64,000 nucleotides of DNA from Bacillota bacterium (GCA_040756655.1 JBFLYN010000006.1:19865-83864), one strand, 5' to 3'. Positions 39,533-49,355 are shown, counted from the first letter of the stretch. Numbers and translations: made by a program. Notes: generated by a model not told the origin, from the letters alone.

Positions 39533-40600
39533 CTAGAAGACGTGCTCGACGAGCTTTTTGCCCACCGCTGCCTCGGCCGGAGCAAAAAGAGCCGCATCGC
39601 GCATGCCTGCGCCCAGGATCAGGTTCTTGCGGTGAGCCCAGAGCACGGCCAGTAGCTGGCCCTGCCTGACCTCGGCAGTGGTGATGGGCAGCCCGGTGCG
39701 GGCATCCAGGGTCATGATCAGGTCAGGAAAAGTCCCCAGCCGCTGGTCACCAAGGTCCAGAGTCATGTACTCGTTCCAGAAGGTGAGCACGTGCCCGCTT
39801 TCCATCTCAACCTCGCCTGCGTCAAAGCCCCCACTGGTCTCCAGCCGGAGACGGGACACGGCTGAAGTGGCCATGATCTCCCCGTTGGTGGCCATGGCCG
39901 CCGCTTCCAGCATACGGGTGGGATGACCTTCGTGCTCAAGTATGGCCCGGCCCACCTTGATGGCCTGGCTCACCGCTCCCGGGGCACCGTGTTCCCGGGC
40001 ATATTCCAGCGTCACCGGGTTGCGTGCTACCGCCACCACTCCGCCCGCCTGGACCGAAGCCTGCCTGACCATGGCCGAGGCTGCCTGCAGCCCACCGGTG
40101 ACAGCTAGTTCGAGGTATTGACCGCGGTCCGGGTCCCCGCCCACAGCGGCCTGCCGTGACTGGTAACCCGCCACCCGGTGCAGGCCCAAAGAGCCCATGA
40201 CCCCGGTGGGGTGGGCCCGGCCGTTGCAAGGGGCATCTATGACCCGAAGCCCCAGCACCGCCGCTTGTACCCAGCCGTTAACCGTGGCCGAACCACCGTT
40301 TTCGTTGGTGATGAGGCCTCCCACGGCCACGCCCAGGCCGTCGCGGAGGATCTCCACCGCCCGTACAAAGTGCCGGGGGGTCACGTAGCGGCCGGTGGCG
40401 GCCGGTGCGCCCACGGCACTCACCGTCGCAACCATGGTGGCAGCGTCCAGTTCTGAGGGATGATAGAGGCACAGCCGGTCGATGGCGACGGCCAGGTTGC
40501 CCGTGTCCAGGCCCAGGTCCACCCAGCCACCGCCACCTCCTCCCAGCACTGCACCTCCGTAAACGGCCGCGCGCACAGCGTCGCGGTCTAGGACCATCAT
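39533..40600 (-). CDS. DUF917 family protein (S-methyl thiohydantoin desulfurase-like fold)
   Basis: GGAVLGGGGGG, VGAP, NENG, DAPCNGRAHP, GGFDAG, FWNEY, FPDLI. Confidence 0.88.
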   Translation of the reverse strand: MMVLDRDAVRAAVYGGAVLGGGGGGWVDLGLDTGNLAVAIDRLCLYHPSELDAATMVATVSAVGAPAATGRYVTPRHFVRAVEILRDGLGVAVGGLITNENGGSATVNGWVQAAVLGLRVIDAPCNGRAHPTGVMGSLGLHRVAGYQSRQAAVGGDPDRGQYLELAVTGGLQAASAMVRQASVQAGGVVAVARNPVTLEYAREHGAPGAVSQAIKVGRAILEHEGHPTRMLEAAAMATNGEIMATSAVSRLRLETSGGFDAGEVEMESGHVLTFWNEYMTLDLGDQRLGTFPDLIMTLDARTGLPITTAEVRQGQLLAVLWAHRKNLILGAGMRDAALFAPAEAAVGKKLVEHVF

Positions 40601-41274
40601 GGTAAAGCCTCCTTCCCGCCGCCGGCATCTGCCAGCGCCCACAGCACCATCGCCCCCGCCGCCAGCACCGGGTCCACCACCGGCACTCCCAGCCGCAGGC
40701 TGAGCCTGCGGGCGGTACCGGGCAGGCTCATGCCGGTGCACCCCAGCGCCAGTACCCTGGCACCCGCCGCCACCAGCCCGGCTCCGGCCCCGGCCAGCGC
40801 TGCGTCGAGCCAGGGACCAGCCAGGTCCAGCGTGGTCTCTACACCGGCGGGGCGGCAGGCGGCGACCAGGTGGGCTCCAAGCACAGCCTTCATGGCTGCG
40901 GGCGCGTGCTCGGTGATACCCAGCACGCCCACGGGAGTGCCCAGGGCCAGGGCCGCGGCGGCTGCGGCCGCACCGGCGCCGATGACCGGCACCTGTACCC
41001 GCTGGCGCAAGGCGGTAACACCCGGGTCTGCCGCACAGCTGACCATCACCGCCTCGACGCCCCGCCCGGCCAGGGCTTCACCGGCGGCGACTATCCCGGG
41101 TACAGCCCTCTGTTCGCTCTCTTCGTCGTAGATCCCGCAGGGTTGACCCGCAATGCACACCGAAACCACCTCAAGCCCAGGGAAACAGGCACCAAGCCAA
41201 CGCCCGTGAGCCTCCAGCACGTCCGGGTCGCCGGTGGTGAGCACCCTAACCAGGCCCACTGTGTATCTTCGCAT
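40597..41274 (-). CDS. Asp/Glu/hydantoin racemase family protein
   Basis: SCAADPG, VPVIGAG, LGCTGM, VPVVDPV (two catalytic Cys). Confidence 0.9.
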   Translation of the reverse strand: MRRYTVGLVRVLTTGDPDVLEAHGRWLGACFPGLEVVSVCIAGQPCGIYDEESEQRAVPGIVAAGEALAGRGVEAVMVSCAADPGVTALRQRVQVPVIGAGAAAAAAALALGTPVGVLGITEHAPAAMKAVLGAHLVAACRPAGVETTLDLAGPWLDAALAGAGAGLVAAGARVLALGCTGMSLPGTARRLSLRLGVPVVDPVLAAGAMVLWALADAGGGKEALP

Positions 41275-41348
41275 GCTGCCCCCTTACCCGGGCGGGGGCC
41301 GCCCCTGTGGAGTGGCAGCCCCTTTTGCCCTGCTTCCTAGCCGGTAGT

Positions 41349-42899
41349 CTAAAAGAACGTCCGCATGATGGAGTTGACAAACCCGTACAGTCCGTCGCCG
41401 GCGATGAGGCCAGCTTCGCGCACTTTCATGGGTTCTTCGCCGATGATCTTCCGGATGATAACGGCAATGACCAGGCCCCAGCCGTAGTTGGGGTTGTTGA
41501 TGAGCAGGCCGGTGGCAAACAGCACACCCATGGCCCGCCTGGGACCACCCACCAGCTGGATCAGCGCTCCGGGAACACTCCAGATCAGGAGTTCACGTAA
41601 GATCTCGGGGCGGGCGCCGGCCTTGATGGTGGCGGCGAACACCCGGCTTACCGGGGGCAGAAGGTCCAGCTGGAAGTGCATATTGGCGAAGATGGCCACC
41701 ATGGCCAGGCCCATGAGCCCGCCCATTACCTCGGCGTAGAACTGCTGGCGGCGGCCTTCTTTCTCGTACTCCATGTTGGCCCCGCGCCCGCGGATGAGCC
41801 AGCCGGTCTTCAGGTCATAGCCAAAGTCGGCAAACAAGGGGCCGGTGGAGGCAGTATAGCCCGTAAGCAGTGCCAGCGGTATGGCCGGGATGCCCAGAAA
41901 CATGCCCACGGTAAGAAAGATGAGGGTAACGGCAAAGGCAGGAAACCAGCCCGAGTGCATGGCGCACAGCCCCACGATGATGGTAGAAGCAGCAGCGGCA
42001 AACCCGGCAAAAAGCAGGAAGATTACCACCTGGCTCGCGGTCATCTCCGTGAGCACCCCGCCCACCAGCGCCAGGACCAGCGCGCCGGCGACGAACAGGC
42101 CGAAGTGGATGAGGATCTTCCGGGGGATGCCGGAGTCCTCCTCCGTCTTGTCGACCTGTGCTTCATTGCGCTTGGAGGCAATGATCAGGAAAGCCTGCAC
42201 CAGCTGGATAAGGCCAGCGCCGATCATCATGCCATGGGGAATGTAGGTCTGGGCCAGGTTTACACCGAAGAGCCGGACCGAGTAACCACGAATGAGAAGG
42301 CCAATGCCCAGAGAAGTGATGGCAAAGATGTTGGCGATGAAGGCAATGCCGATGCCGGCCATGGGCAGTTTGAAATGAGTGCCGATGATGCCGGCGACGA
42401 TGCCCTCCACCAAGCGGCGAGCCCGGCGACCGCCTTCGTCGGCGGCCCACAGCGCTTCGGCTGTGGCTACACCGGGCGGCCAGGCGCCCTCGGCCGGATA
42501 GACCTTGGTGTTGTAAAGCTCCTTGACAAATACGATGTCCAGGATGACGCCGATGGCCGCACCCACCAGCATGGGGAGTACGAGGTCCTGCCTGCCCAGG
42601 AGGAACACGATAGCCACGGTGAGCAGGCCGGCGTTGGCGGCGGCAAACCCGCCCGCCGACGTGTAGGTCTGGATCAGGTTCTGGCTGTCAAGCGGCTTCC
42701 AGGCGGCAAACGCTCTTGACAGGACGATGGCGACTATGGCTCCGATGATAGAGGTGTTGGGGGTAACGCCGATGCGCCCGATGATCTGCATGCAGATGGC
42801 ACCGGACAGGGCGGCCATGAGTAACCCCACCACCAGGTTGCCGGCGCTCAGGGCCTTGGGGTGGACCTGCGCCGCTGGCTGACCGGACCGTGTGCTCAT
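41349..42899 (-). CDS. OPT/YSL-family oligopeptide transporter
   Basis: GVTPNTSIIGA, QNLIQT, WPPGVATAE, DFGYDLKTGW, AGLIAGD; ATG 42899 after GGAGG. Confidence 0.85.
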   Translation of the reverse strand: MSTRSGQPAAQVHPKALSAGNLVVGLLMAALSGAICMQIIGRIGVTPNTSIIGAIVAIVLSRAFAAWKPLDSQNLIQTYTSAGGFAAANAGLLTVAIVFLLGRQDLVLPMLVGAAIGVILDIVFVKELYNTKVYPAEGAWPPGVATAEALWAADEGGRRARRLVEGIVAGIIGTHFKLPMAGIGIAFIANIFAITSLGIGLLIRGYSVRLFGVNLAQTYIPHGMMIGAGLIQLVQAFLIIASKRNEAQVDKTEEDSGIPRKILIHFGLFVAGALVLALVGGVLTEMTASQVVIFLLFAGFAAAASTIIVGLCAMHSGWFPAFAVTLIFLTVGMFLGIPAIPLALLTGYTASTGPLFADFGYDLKTGWLIRGRGANMEYEKEGRRQQFYAEVMGGLMGLAMVAIFANMHFQLDLLPPVSRVFAATIKAGARPEILRELLIWSVPGALIQLVGGPRRAMGVLFATGLLINNPNYGWGLVIAVIIRKIIGEEPMKVREAGLIAGDGLYGFVNSIMRTFF

Positions 42900-43047
42900 G
42901 AACCTTGATTCGCCTCCTTCGGCAAAATGGTAGTACCCGGGGTTCTTCCCAGGTCTATTTCCCAGTCTATTTGGCCCGGCAGCATAGGACAACGGCCCTG
43001 ATGGCTCAAAACTGGGGACGCGGTTTGTGCATGCTGCATAGATATGC

Positions 43048-44718
43048 TCAGTGCAAACGCAGGAGCACCGTGTGAATGGCCAGCGCCAGGTGCAGGCGGG
43101 CCAGACTCTCGCCGGACATCGCCCCGGGGCCTAGCTGTTCTTCGATGAGGCGCAGGCGGTACTTGAGGGAGTTCCGGTGTAAGTGCAGCCGGGCAGCGGC
43201 CTCCTTCTGGCTGCAGTCGGCAGCCAAGTAGGCCTGGAGCGTACCCACCAGGCAGGCCCGGTGCTGCTGGTCGTAGTCGAGCAGGGGACCCAGCACTTGG
43301 TCGCGCATTTCGCGGAGGGTCCCCCGGTCGGGGAAGTCACAGATGAGCCGGTAGATACCCAGCTCCTGGTAGCAGTGAACGGCGTTCTTCCCGCCCACCA
43401 GCCGCCCGATGTCCAGGGCTCTCCGGGCCTCTTCAAAGCTCTGCCCCACCTGGGCCAGGCCGGCACAAGCGCTGCCAACACCCATGGTAACGGTGGGCCG
43501 GGGTAGGTCACGCCGCAGGAGTTCATGGATGACCCGGGCCAGCCGCCCGGCCTCCTGGCCTGACGGCCCTGCCGTCCCGGTCAGGCCGGGCAACAAGACC
43601 ACTGCCCCATCGCTATAGGCGGTGGTGATGGCGCCGGGGTGGACTTGCCGGGCCGCCCGGGCCGTGAAGGCGATGACCTTGCGTTTTAGTTCTTGCATCT
43701 GGTCTTCGTCGCCGAGCTCTTGGAAGTAAGTGGCAAAATCGTCGATGTCGACGATGATGGCGGCCACGGGCCCCGAAATGGTCCATCTGAAGAAGGTGGC
43801 CCGCTCCCGGATCAGATCCTCGTCAGCGGGCTCGCCGGCCAGAAGGTCCATGATAAAGTCGTGGGCCATGCGCTCCTCGCTCTCCTTCACTGCCCGCTTT
43901 TGCAGCAAGTCGAGGGCTACGGCGGTGGCCGCATTCTCCAAAGCCGGCCAGTCCGTGTCCGGCACCTCCTCGCGGGCTTCGAAGACCGCCAGGTAGGCGC
44001 AGCGGCTCCCGTTCACCGGGACTGGAGCCACCACCGCGGAGGCCGCCTCACGGCCCCCCAGGCCAATGCGGGACGGCAAGAAGCTGGGCGTGGTCCATCG
44101 CTGGCCGGTCACGGCCCGTCTTAAGGCCGCCACCATGCTCCCCAGGTCCAGGTTGGCCCCGGACCCGGCGTCCTCCTGTGCCAGCACATCGAGGCCACAG
44201 GAGAGCACCACTACCGGGTTGCGCAGGAGCACCGCCATGGCCCGGGCGATCCCGTTTAGCCCGCCCCCGTTGAGGATCACATCCGAGAGCATGCGGTGCA
44301 CCCGCTCGGAGCGGCGCAGGCGGTAGGCTTGCTCGTTAATGATCAGGGTCATGATGGGCGTGGTGATGTCGATGTAGGGCAGGTGTACGGGCACCTCGAT
44401 GATGGGCAGCCCGCACTGGTCGGCACAGGCCAGCGCTTCGGCCGGGAAGTTAGCCAGAAAGCGTCCGATCTTTACGCCCAGCGCGGCAGCGCCGGTGCGC
44501 GCCAGGTGAGCTACCAGGCCAGGGAGCTCGTCAGTTCGTTCCCTGAAGGCAAAGGCCGTGGTAAGGAGGAAGGAGCCGGAACGGATCCACGACTCGACAT
44601 CGGGAACCTCGATGATGTCCACGTGCTCGATGACCCTGCCCAGGCCTGAGCTGCCTGCCAGCAGCCTGGCGCCGGCCAGCGGTTCCAGTTGTAACACCTG
44701 TCTGACGGTTACCGGCAA
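43048..44718 (-). CDS. PucR/CdaR-family transcriptional regulator
   Basis: ARLLAGSSGL..IIEVPD..FLLTT PucR domain; C-terminal LHLHRNSLKYRL HTH; TTG 44718 after GGAGGAGG. Confidence 0.92.
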   Translation of the reverse strand: MPVTVRQVLQLEPLAGARLLAGSSGLGRVIEHVDIIEVPDVESWIRSGSFLLTTAFAFRERTDELPGLVAHLARTGAAALGVKIGRFLANFPAEALACADQCGLPIIEVPVHLPYIDITTPIMTLIINEQAYRLRRSERVHRMLSDVILNGGGLNGIARAMAVLLRNPVVVLSCGLDVLAQEDAGSGANLDLGSMVAALRRAVTGQRWTTPSFLPSRIGLGGREAASAVVAPVPVNGSRCAYLAVFEAREEVPDTDWPALENAATAVALDLLQKRAVKESEERMAHDFIMDLLAGEPADEDLIRERATFFRWTISGPVAAIIVDIDDFATYFQELGDEDQMQELKRKVIAFTARAARQVHPGAITTAYSDGAVVLLPGLTGTAGPSGQEAGRLARVIHELLRRDLPRPTVTMGVGSACAGLAQVGQSFEEARRALDIGRLVGGKNAVHCYQELGIYRLICDFPDRGTLREMRDQVLGPLLDYDQQHRACLVGTLQAYLAADCSQKEAAARLHLHRNSLKYRLRLIEEQLGPGAMSGESLARLHLALAIHTVLLRLH

Positions 44719-44945
44719 GTGGCTGCCTCCTCCATACCGAGTTGAGGAAGAGTTTCGACAGAGCCCGGGCAGATCCCTTGAGTCCCGGCGGTGGTGTTGG
44801 CGGCCGGGCAACGGCACTGGCGCCTTGACCTGGAGCTTTTCCAGCCCGGAGGGTGAAAGCCCCGCAGCGAGCCAGCGGGAACCCTGGCGCACCTCCGGGC
44901 GTCGGGAATTCCAGGTCACGGGGATAAGGAGGCGAAGGGCAGGTC

Positions 44946-46109
44946 ATGACCAAGAGGATACTGGCCATTGGGCTCATTTTCGCGGCCACCAGCGTAGGCT
45001 GGCTCGGTTTGGCGGCACTCATTGAATACCGCACCCTAGAGAGTCGCCGCCAGCTGACAAGGCAGGTAGCCAGCCTGTGGGGCGAAGAGCACCGGGCATC
45101 GGCCCCGGAAATCACCTATGAGAGCAAGGGGGCTCAGCAATCCGCGGCGCCAGAAAGCAGCAACATCCGGGTGGCGCTTACTTTGGACCAGAGGAAGAAG
45201 GGGCTACTCTGGCACAACACCTACAACGTGAGTTTTTGGGGCGACTATACCTTCAAGAACGACACCGGCCAGCAACGAGAATTCCTGATCACTTTCTCAT
45301 TTCCCACTACCCGGGCCAATTACGACAACTTCGTCTTCCGGGTGGCCGGTCAGGACGCCCGGCTGGACGGTTCCGGCCAAGACCAGGTATCCATCAAGAT
45401 CCAGCTTGAGGCGGGGCAAGAGATCCCGGTCACCATCGGGTACGACTCCCGGGGTCTGGATCGCTGGGTATACAGTCACGGACGGGGGATCAGCCAGGTT
45501 CGCAACTTCCGGCTGGTGATGACCACGGACTTTGCTGCCGTGGATTTCCCGCCGGGTACCGTCTCCCCCGCTTCCATGACTCCCATCCCGGGTGGATGGG
45601 AGCTGGTGTGGCGGTACGATAGGCTCATCTCCGGCTTCCAGCTGGGCATGGAGATGCCGTCGCGAATCCAGCCCGGGCCGCTGGCGGGCCAGATCACCAT
45701 GTTTGCACCAGTAAGCCTTTTATTCTTCTTCTTCGTCATCTTCGTGCTCAGCGTGCTCAAGGACGTGAAGCTTCACCCCATGAACTACTTCTTCCTGGCC
45801 GCAGCGTTCTTTGCCTTCCACTTGCTCTTTGCCTACCTGGTGGACCACGTGGACGTGGCCTGGGCCTTTGGGGCTGCCTCGGTCACATCGGTGGCACTGG
45901 TGGTCTCCTACCTGAGGCTGGTGGTGGGACCCAGGTTCGCCCTGGTGGAAGCGGGCCTGACCCAGTTTATCTACCTGGTACTCTTTTCCCTCGCCCATTT
46001 TTTCCAGGGCTTCACCGGCCTTACCGTCACCCTGGGAGCCATCGTCACCCTGGCGGTGATGATGCAGCTTACCGCGAGAATCGACTGGGAAGAACGTTTC
46101 GGCCGGTGA
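44946..46109 (+). CDS. CreD-like inner membrane protein
   Basis: N-terminal TM, RKKGLLW, LHPMNYFFLAAAF, C-terminal TM bundle ending TARIDW. Confidence 0.75.
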   Translation: MTKRILAIGLIFAATSVGWLGLAALIEYRTLESRRQLTRQVASLWGEEHRASAPEITYESKGAQQSAAPESSNIRVALTLDQRKKGLLWHNTYNVSFWGDYTFKNDTGQQREFLITFSFPTTRANYDNFVFRVAGQDARLDGSGQDQVSIKIQLEAGQEIPVTIGYDSRGLDRWVYSHGRGISQVRNFRLVMTTDFAAVDFPPGTVSPASMTPIPGGWELVWRYDRLISGFQLGMEMPSRIQPGPLAGQITMFAPVSLLFFFFVIFVLSVLKDVKLHPMNYFFLAAAFFAFHLLFAYLVDHVDVAWAFGAASVTSVALVVSYLRLVVGPRFALVEAGLTQFIYLVLFSLAHFFQGFTGLTVTLGAIVTLAVMMQLTARIDWEERFGR

Positions 46110-46600
46110 CCAGTTCAGGCACTACCCGGCTTTGGCGCAGCACATCCGCTATAAGCCGGCAGCCCTCCCGGGTCGGGTGTACGCCGTCCCGCAAAAGGCC
46201 CGGGCGGATGGACTGGGTGTGGGGGTCAAGGCATGGCGAGTAGAAGTCCACCACGGCATGACCCAGGGCCATGATGCCCGCCCGGTAAGACTGCAGGAGG
46301 AGCTCTTCCGGGCCGTCCACGGGTGGGGGGAGACCGAGAATGGGCTGGACGCCGTGCCGGACGGCCTCGCTACACACGGCGGCAAGGTGGGTGGCAACTC
46401 GCTCACGCCTGCCCACGCATGGTTAGTGCCCCCTGGCACCAGCACCTAGCGCGGATGATAGGGAAGCACGCAGCAGGCGAATCGTTGCCTCAAATCGGCA
46501 GTGGTATCGCCCGGTTCACCGCTGTTAACCAACGGGACACGTGGTTCACCCCGGCCCCGGCTTGTTTTCTCCCATCGTCTGGACACCTGCACAACCAGGT
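46069..46600 (-). pseudogene. SGNH/GDSL hydrolase remnant
   Basis: VNSGEPGDTT (block II), GGTN (block III), DGVHP (block V) split by a stop and frameshift; block I missing. Confidence 0.7.
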
Positions 46601-46700
46601 CGCAAGGAACGGTCGTGCCCTCTTCCTCGCTTCCATGATACCTGGCGAACAAAGGCCGGTGATCTGTGGGTTTTTGGCCGTCCTCCTGTTCACAAGACCC

Positions 46701-47025
46701 GGACTGGGTGCAAGAGAGGGTTTGGCGACCCGGTGTGCCTGGGAAGGCTGGCCGGGGGTAAGGAGTCGACCCGCGCGGGTGTCGATGCCAGGCGGTAACT
46801 GGACAGCAGCACCGCGTTGCCGCACCGCCATGCCTTCACCGGTGACGCGGTTTAACGGCGAGTGCCTGCACCTCTTTTGGCGAGCACAGCTGGCCATATC
46901 GAACCGGCCCCCGCGGGAGTGCCGTAGCGGCACTCGCACGTTACTGGGCTTTGCCGGGCTTCAATCGGGCGAGACAGGGTTCCCCGGGGTTTCCCTGACG
47001 CCAAACCCAGGGATGAGCCTGATCC
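46701..47025 (+). ncRNA. Candidate large structured ncRNA (raiA-motif-like blocks)
   Basis: 10-bp closing helix 46718-46727/46999-47008 enclosing at least six hairpins; no credible ORF; hairpin terminator downstream; strand inferred. Confidence 0.55.
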
Positions 47026-47033
47026 ATGTCAAA

Positions 47034-47058
47034 GAGGTGGCAGCTTAGCTGCCACCTC
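47034..47058. terminator. Hairpin (putative bidirectional terminator)
   Basis: GAGGTGGCAGC-TTA-GCTGCCACCTC. Confidence 0.65.
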
Positions 47059-47075
47059 CGGCTGGTGATGGGATC

Positions 47076-48887
47076 CTAACCCAGGCCCAGTTCGGCCAGT
47101 TTGGCGGGAGTGGGGCGGCCGTCTGGTCCCCACCCGCGCTCTCGGTAATAGTCGGCCAGCATAAACTGGAGTTCCTCCCGGGTCAGCTGCTTGTCGCCAT
47201 CCCTGCCGTCTTCCAGGGGCTCAAAGCAACGGGCGGGCAGGCGGTCCTCCCCGGGCTCGATGCCTGCGGCCAGGTTAAACATGCGCTCCATGTTCCAGAG
47301 TCGCTCGCCCATGCGCATGAGACCCGTTTCGTCAAACTGCAGCCCGGAAGCCGTTTCTATCAGCTCCAAGAAGCTCTCTACCGGCAGCACGAACTCGGCA
47401 AACCTGCAGGCCACCAAGGTGGAAAGGGCGTTGACCTTGTCCTGGATCTCCTTGACCACCCGGGCCTTGCCCTGGGTGGCTTCCATGGGCAAAAACCCCA
47501 TGAGCTCGGCGCCGATGGGCGCTCGCTTGTGACAGGCACCCCGGTTCGAGGTGGCAAAGGTAAGGGCAATGCCCCGCATACGCTGGGGCATCCAGGCGGC
47601 GAATTCCATTCCCTTGACGTTCATGGCAAAGCCAGCTGCGTCGTTCCCCAGCTGGTCGGCCGCCCGTCGCGTGCCCTCGGCCAGCAGATCCCCTGCCCCC
47701 TGCCGGCGGGCAATGTGCTCCAGCGCGCTGAGCATGCCCTCGGCGGATCCAAACTCCAGGGGGGCCCCAAACGCATCCCGGGGCAACAAGCCGCGCTCGG
47801 CGGCTTCCATGGCAAAAGCCACGGTGCAACCTGCCGACAGGGTGTCCATGCCGTAGGACTCGCAAAGCTGGTGGGCCCGCACCACGGCCTCGAGGTCCGA
47901 CACTTCGCAGTCGGAACCCAGGGAGTACATGGTCTCGTATTCCGGGCCCCGGGCCCAGGGCGCGCAGGGTCCTTCGTCGATGCGGTGCAACTGCCCGCAG
48001 TGCACCGGGCAGCCCAGGCACGCCACCGGGCGGGTGGGATACCGGCGGAAGGCAGCCATCCCGTCGATGAGGTGAGATTTGTCAAACTGGGACCGGCGGT
48101 GGTTCCGGGTGGCCAGGGTGCGCTTTTCATTGATCAGCGCCATGCCTGAGCCCGTACCATACCGGGAAAACATGCCCAGGAGGCTCCACGGGTTTTCGAT
48201 TTCCTTCTCAAAGGTCTCCCGGGCCCGCCGGGCCGCTTTCCGAAAGCCAGCCACGTCGGCCACACGCACTCCCAGGTGACCACCTACGGCGATGGCTTTG
48301 AGCTTTTTGGAGCCAAACACCGCCCCGGGACCTCCCCGGCCGAAGGCTCGCGTGGCCATGATCACCGCGGAAAAACGTACCCGGTTCTCCCCGGCCAGCC
48401 CGATGGACATCACGTCCAGCCCGCCGCCTTCCTTCCTCTTAATGGCTTCCTCGGCCTCGGGCGCGCTCTGGCCGGCCAACTCGGGACACGGGACCAGTTC
48501 CACCCGGTCGGGTGTGACCACCAGGTATGACAGTTCACGTGCCCGGCCGGCGATGACCAGGGCATCGTAGCCCGCGTTCTTGATGGAACCGGCCAGGGTG
48601 CCGCCACAGTACGAGTTGATGATCCCCCCGGTGAGCGGGGACTTGGTTACCAGGTTGGTCTGGGCAAACAGGGGAGCGTAGGTGCCGCTGAGGGGCCCGG
48701 TGCTGATGACCAGCAGGTTGCCCGGATCCAGCGCATCGACGGTGGAGGCCACCTCATCGGTGACCAGTTTGACTCCAAAGCCCATTCCGCCCACAAACCC
48801 TCCGTCCACCAGCTGGCGAGTGGGCCACTCTTCGCGACTACCACTGGTCAAGTCGTACCGCAGGATCTTGCCGCTGTACGAGGTCAC
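47076..48887 (-). CDS. Tungsten aldehyde:ferredoxin oxidoreductase family protein (paralogue 3)
   Basis: YSGKILRYDLT, KSPLTG, GRGGPGAVFGSKKLKA, CLGCPVHC, GPEYET, NRGACH. Confidence 0.95.
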   Translation of the reverse strand: MTSYSGKILRYDLTSGSREEWPTRQLVDGGFVGGMGFGVKLVTDEVASTVDALDPGNLLVISTGPLSGTYAPLFAQTNLVTKSPLTGGIINSYCGGTLAGSIKNAGYDALVIAGRARELSYLVVTPDRVELVPCPELAGQSAPEAEEAIKRKEGGGLDVMSIGLAGENRVRFSAVIMATRAFGRGGPGAVFGSKKLKAIAVGGHLGVRVADVAGFRKAARRARETFEKEIENPWSLLGMFSRYGTGSGMALINEKRTLATRNHRRSQFDKSHLIDGMAAFRRYPTRPVACLGCPVHCGQLHRIDEGPCAPWARGPEYETMYSLGSDCEVSDLEAVVRAHQLCESYGMDTLSAGCTVAFAMEAAERGLLPRDAFGAPLEFGSAEGMLSALEHIARRQGAGDLLAEGTRRAADQLGNDAAGFAMNVKGMEFAAWMPQRMRGIALTFATSNRGACHKRAPIGAELMGFLPMEATQGKARVVKEIQDKVNALSTLVACRFAEFVLPVESFLELIETASGLQFDETGLMRMGERLWNMERMFNLAAGIEPGEDRLPARCFEPLEDGRDGDKQLTREELQFMLADYYRERGWGPDGRPTPAKLAELGLG

Positions 48888-49303
48888 TGTCCATCACCTC
48901 CCCGTACCAGGGTCAAAGCGCGTGTTGGGCACACCCTCACGCATTCCGGGTCATCGCAGGCTTCGCACTTGACCGCTGCGTGGTGGCCAGCGACCAGGAA
49001 GACCGCACCATGGGGACATTGTTCCACACAAATCCCGCAGCCGGTGCACGCTTCGGCGTCCAAAACCACCCGGTGTCCCACCACCTGCATCGCCTCGCTG
49101 GGACAACAAGCTGCACAGGTGGGATCATCACAATGGGCGCATACCACCAGCCGGGCCTCGTCCGGCCAAGCCCTGACCACCCGCAGGCGGGCACGCTGGC
49201 GGTTAAAGACCCGGTCCCTCTCGAAAGAGCAGGCCAGCTCGCAGGTAAAACACTCGGTACACTTGGCGGGCTCAAACTTCAAAACAGCCGGCAATGCTTC
49301 CAC
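48884..49303 (-). CDS. 4Fe-4S dicluster protein (AOR small subunit)
   Basis: CTECFTCELAC, CAHC..C..CCP, CTGCGIC..CP, KCEAC..C..VCP. Confidence 0.9.
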   Translation of the reverse strand: MEALPAVLKFEPAKCTECFTCELACSFERDRVFNRQRARLRVVRAWPDEARLVVCAHCDDPTCAACCPSEAMQVVGHRVVLDAEACTGCGICVEQCPHGAVFLVAGHHAAVKCEACDDPECVRVCPTRALTLVRGGDGQ

Positions 49304-49355
49304 CCCCCTTTTCCAGGGAGGGGAAGCCAGGGCTTCCCCTCCCCACGTTCCTTGT

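Noticed and set aside
46323-47048. 241-aa and 149-aa ORFs over the structured element
   Set aside because: No RBS or domain motifs, Arg/Pro/Gly-rich shadow composition, and overlap with the GDSL relic
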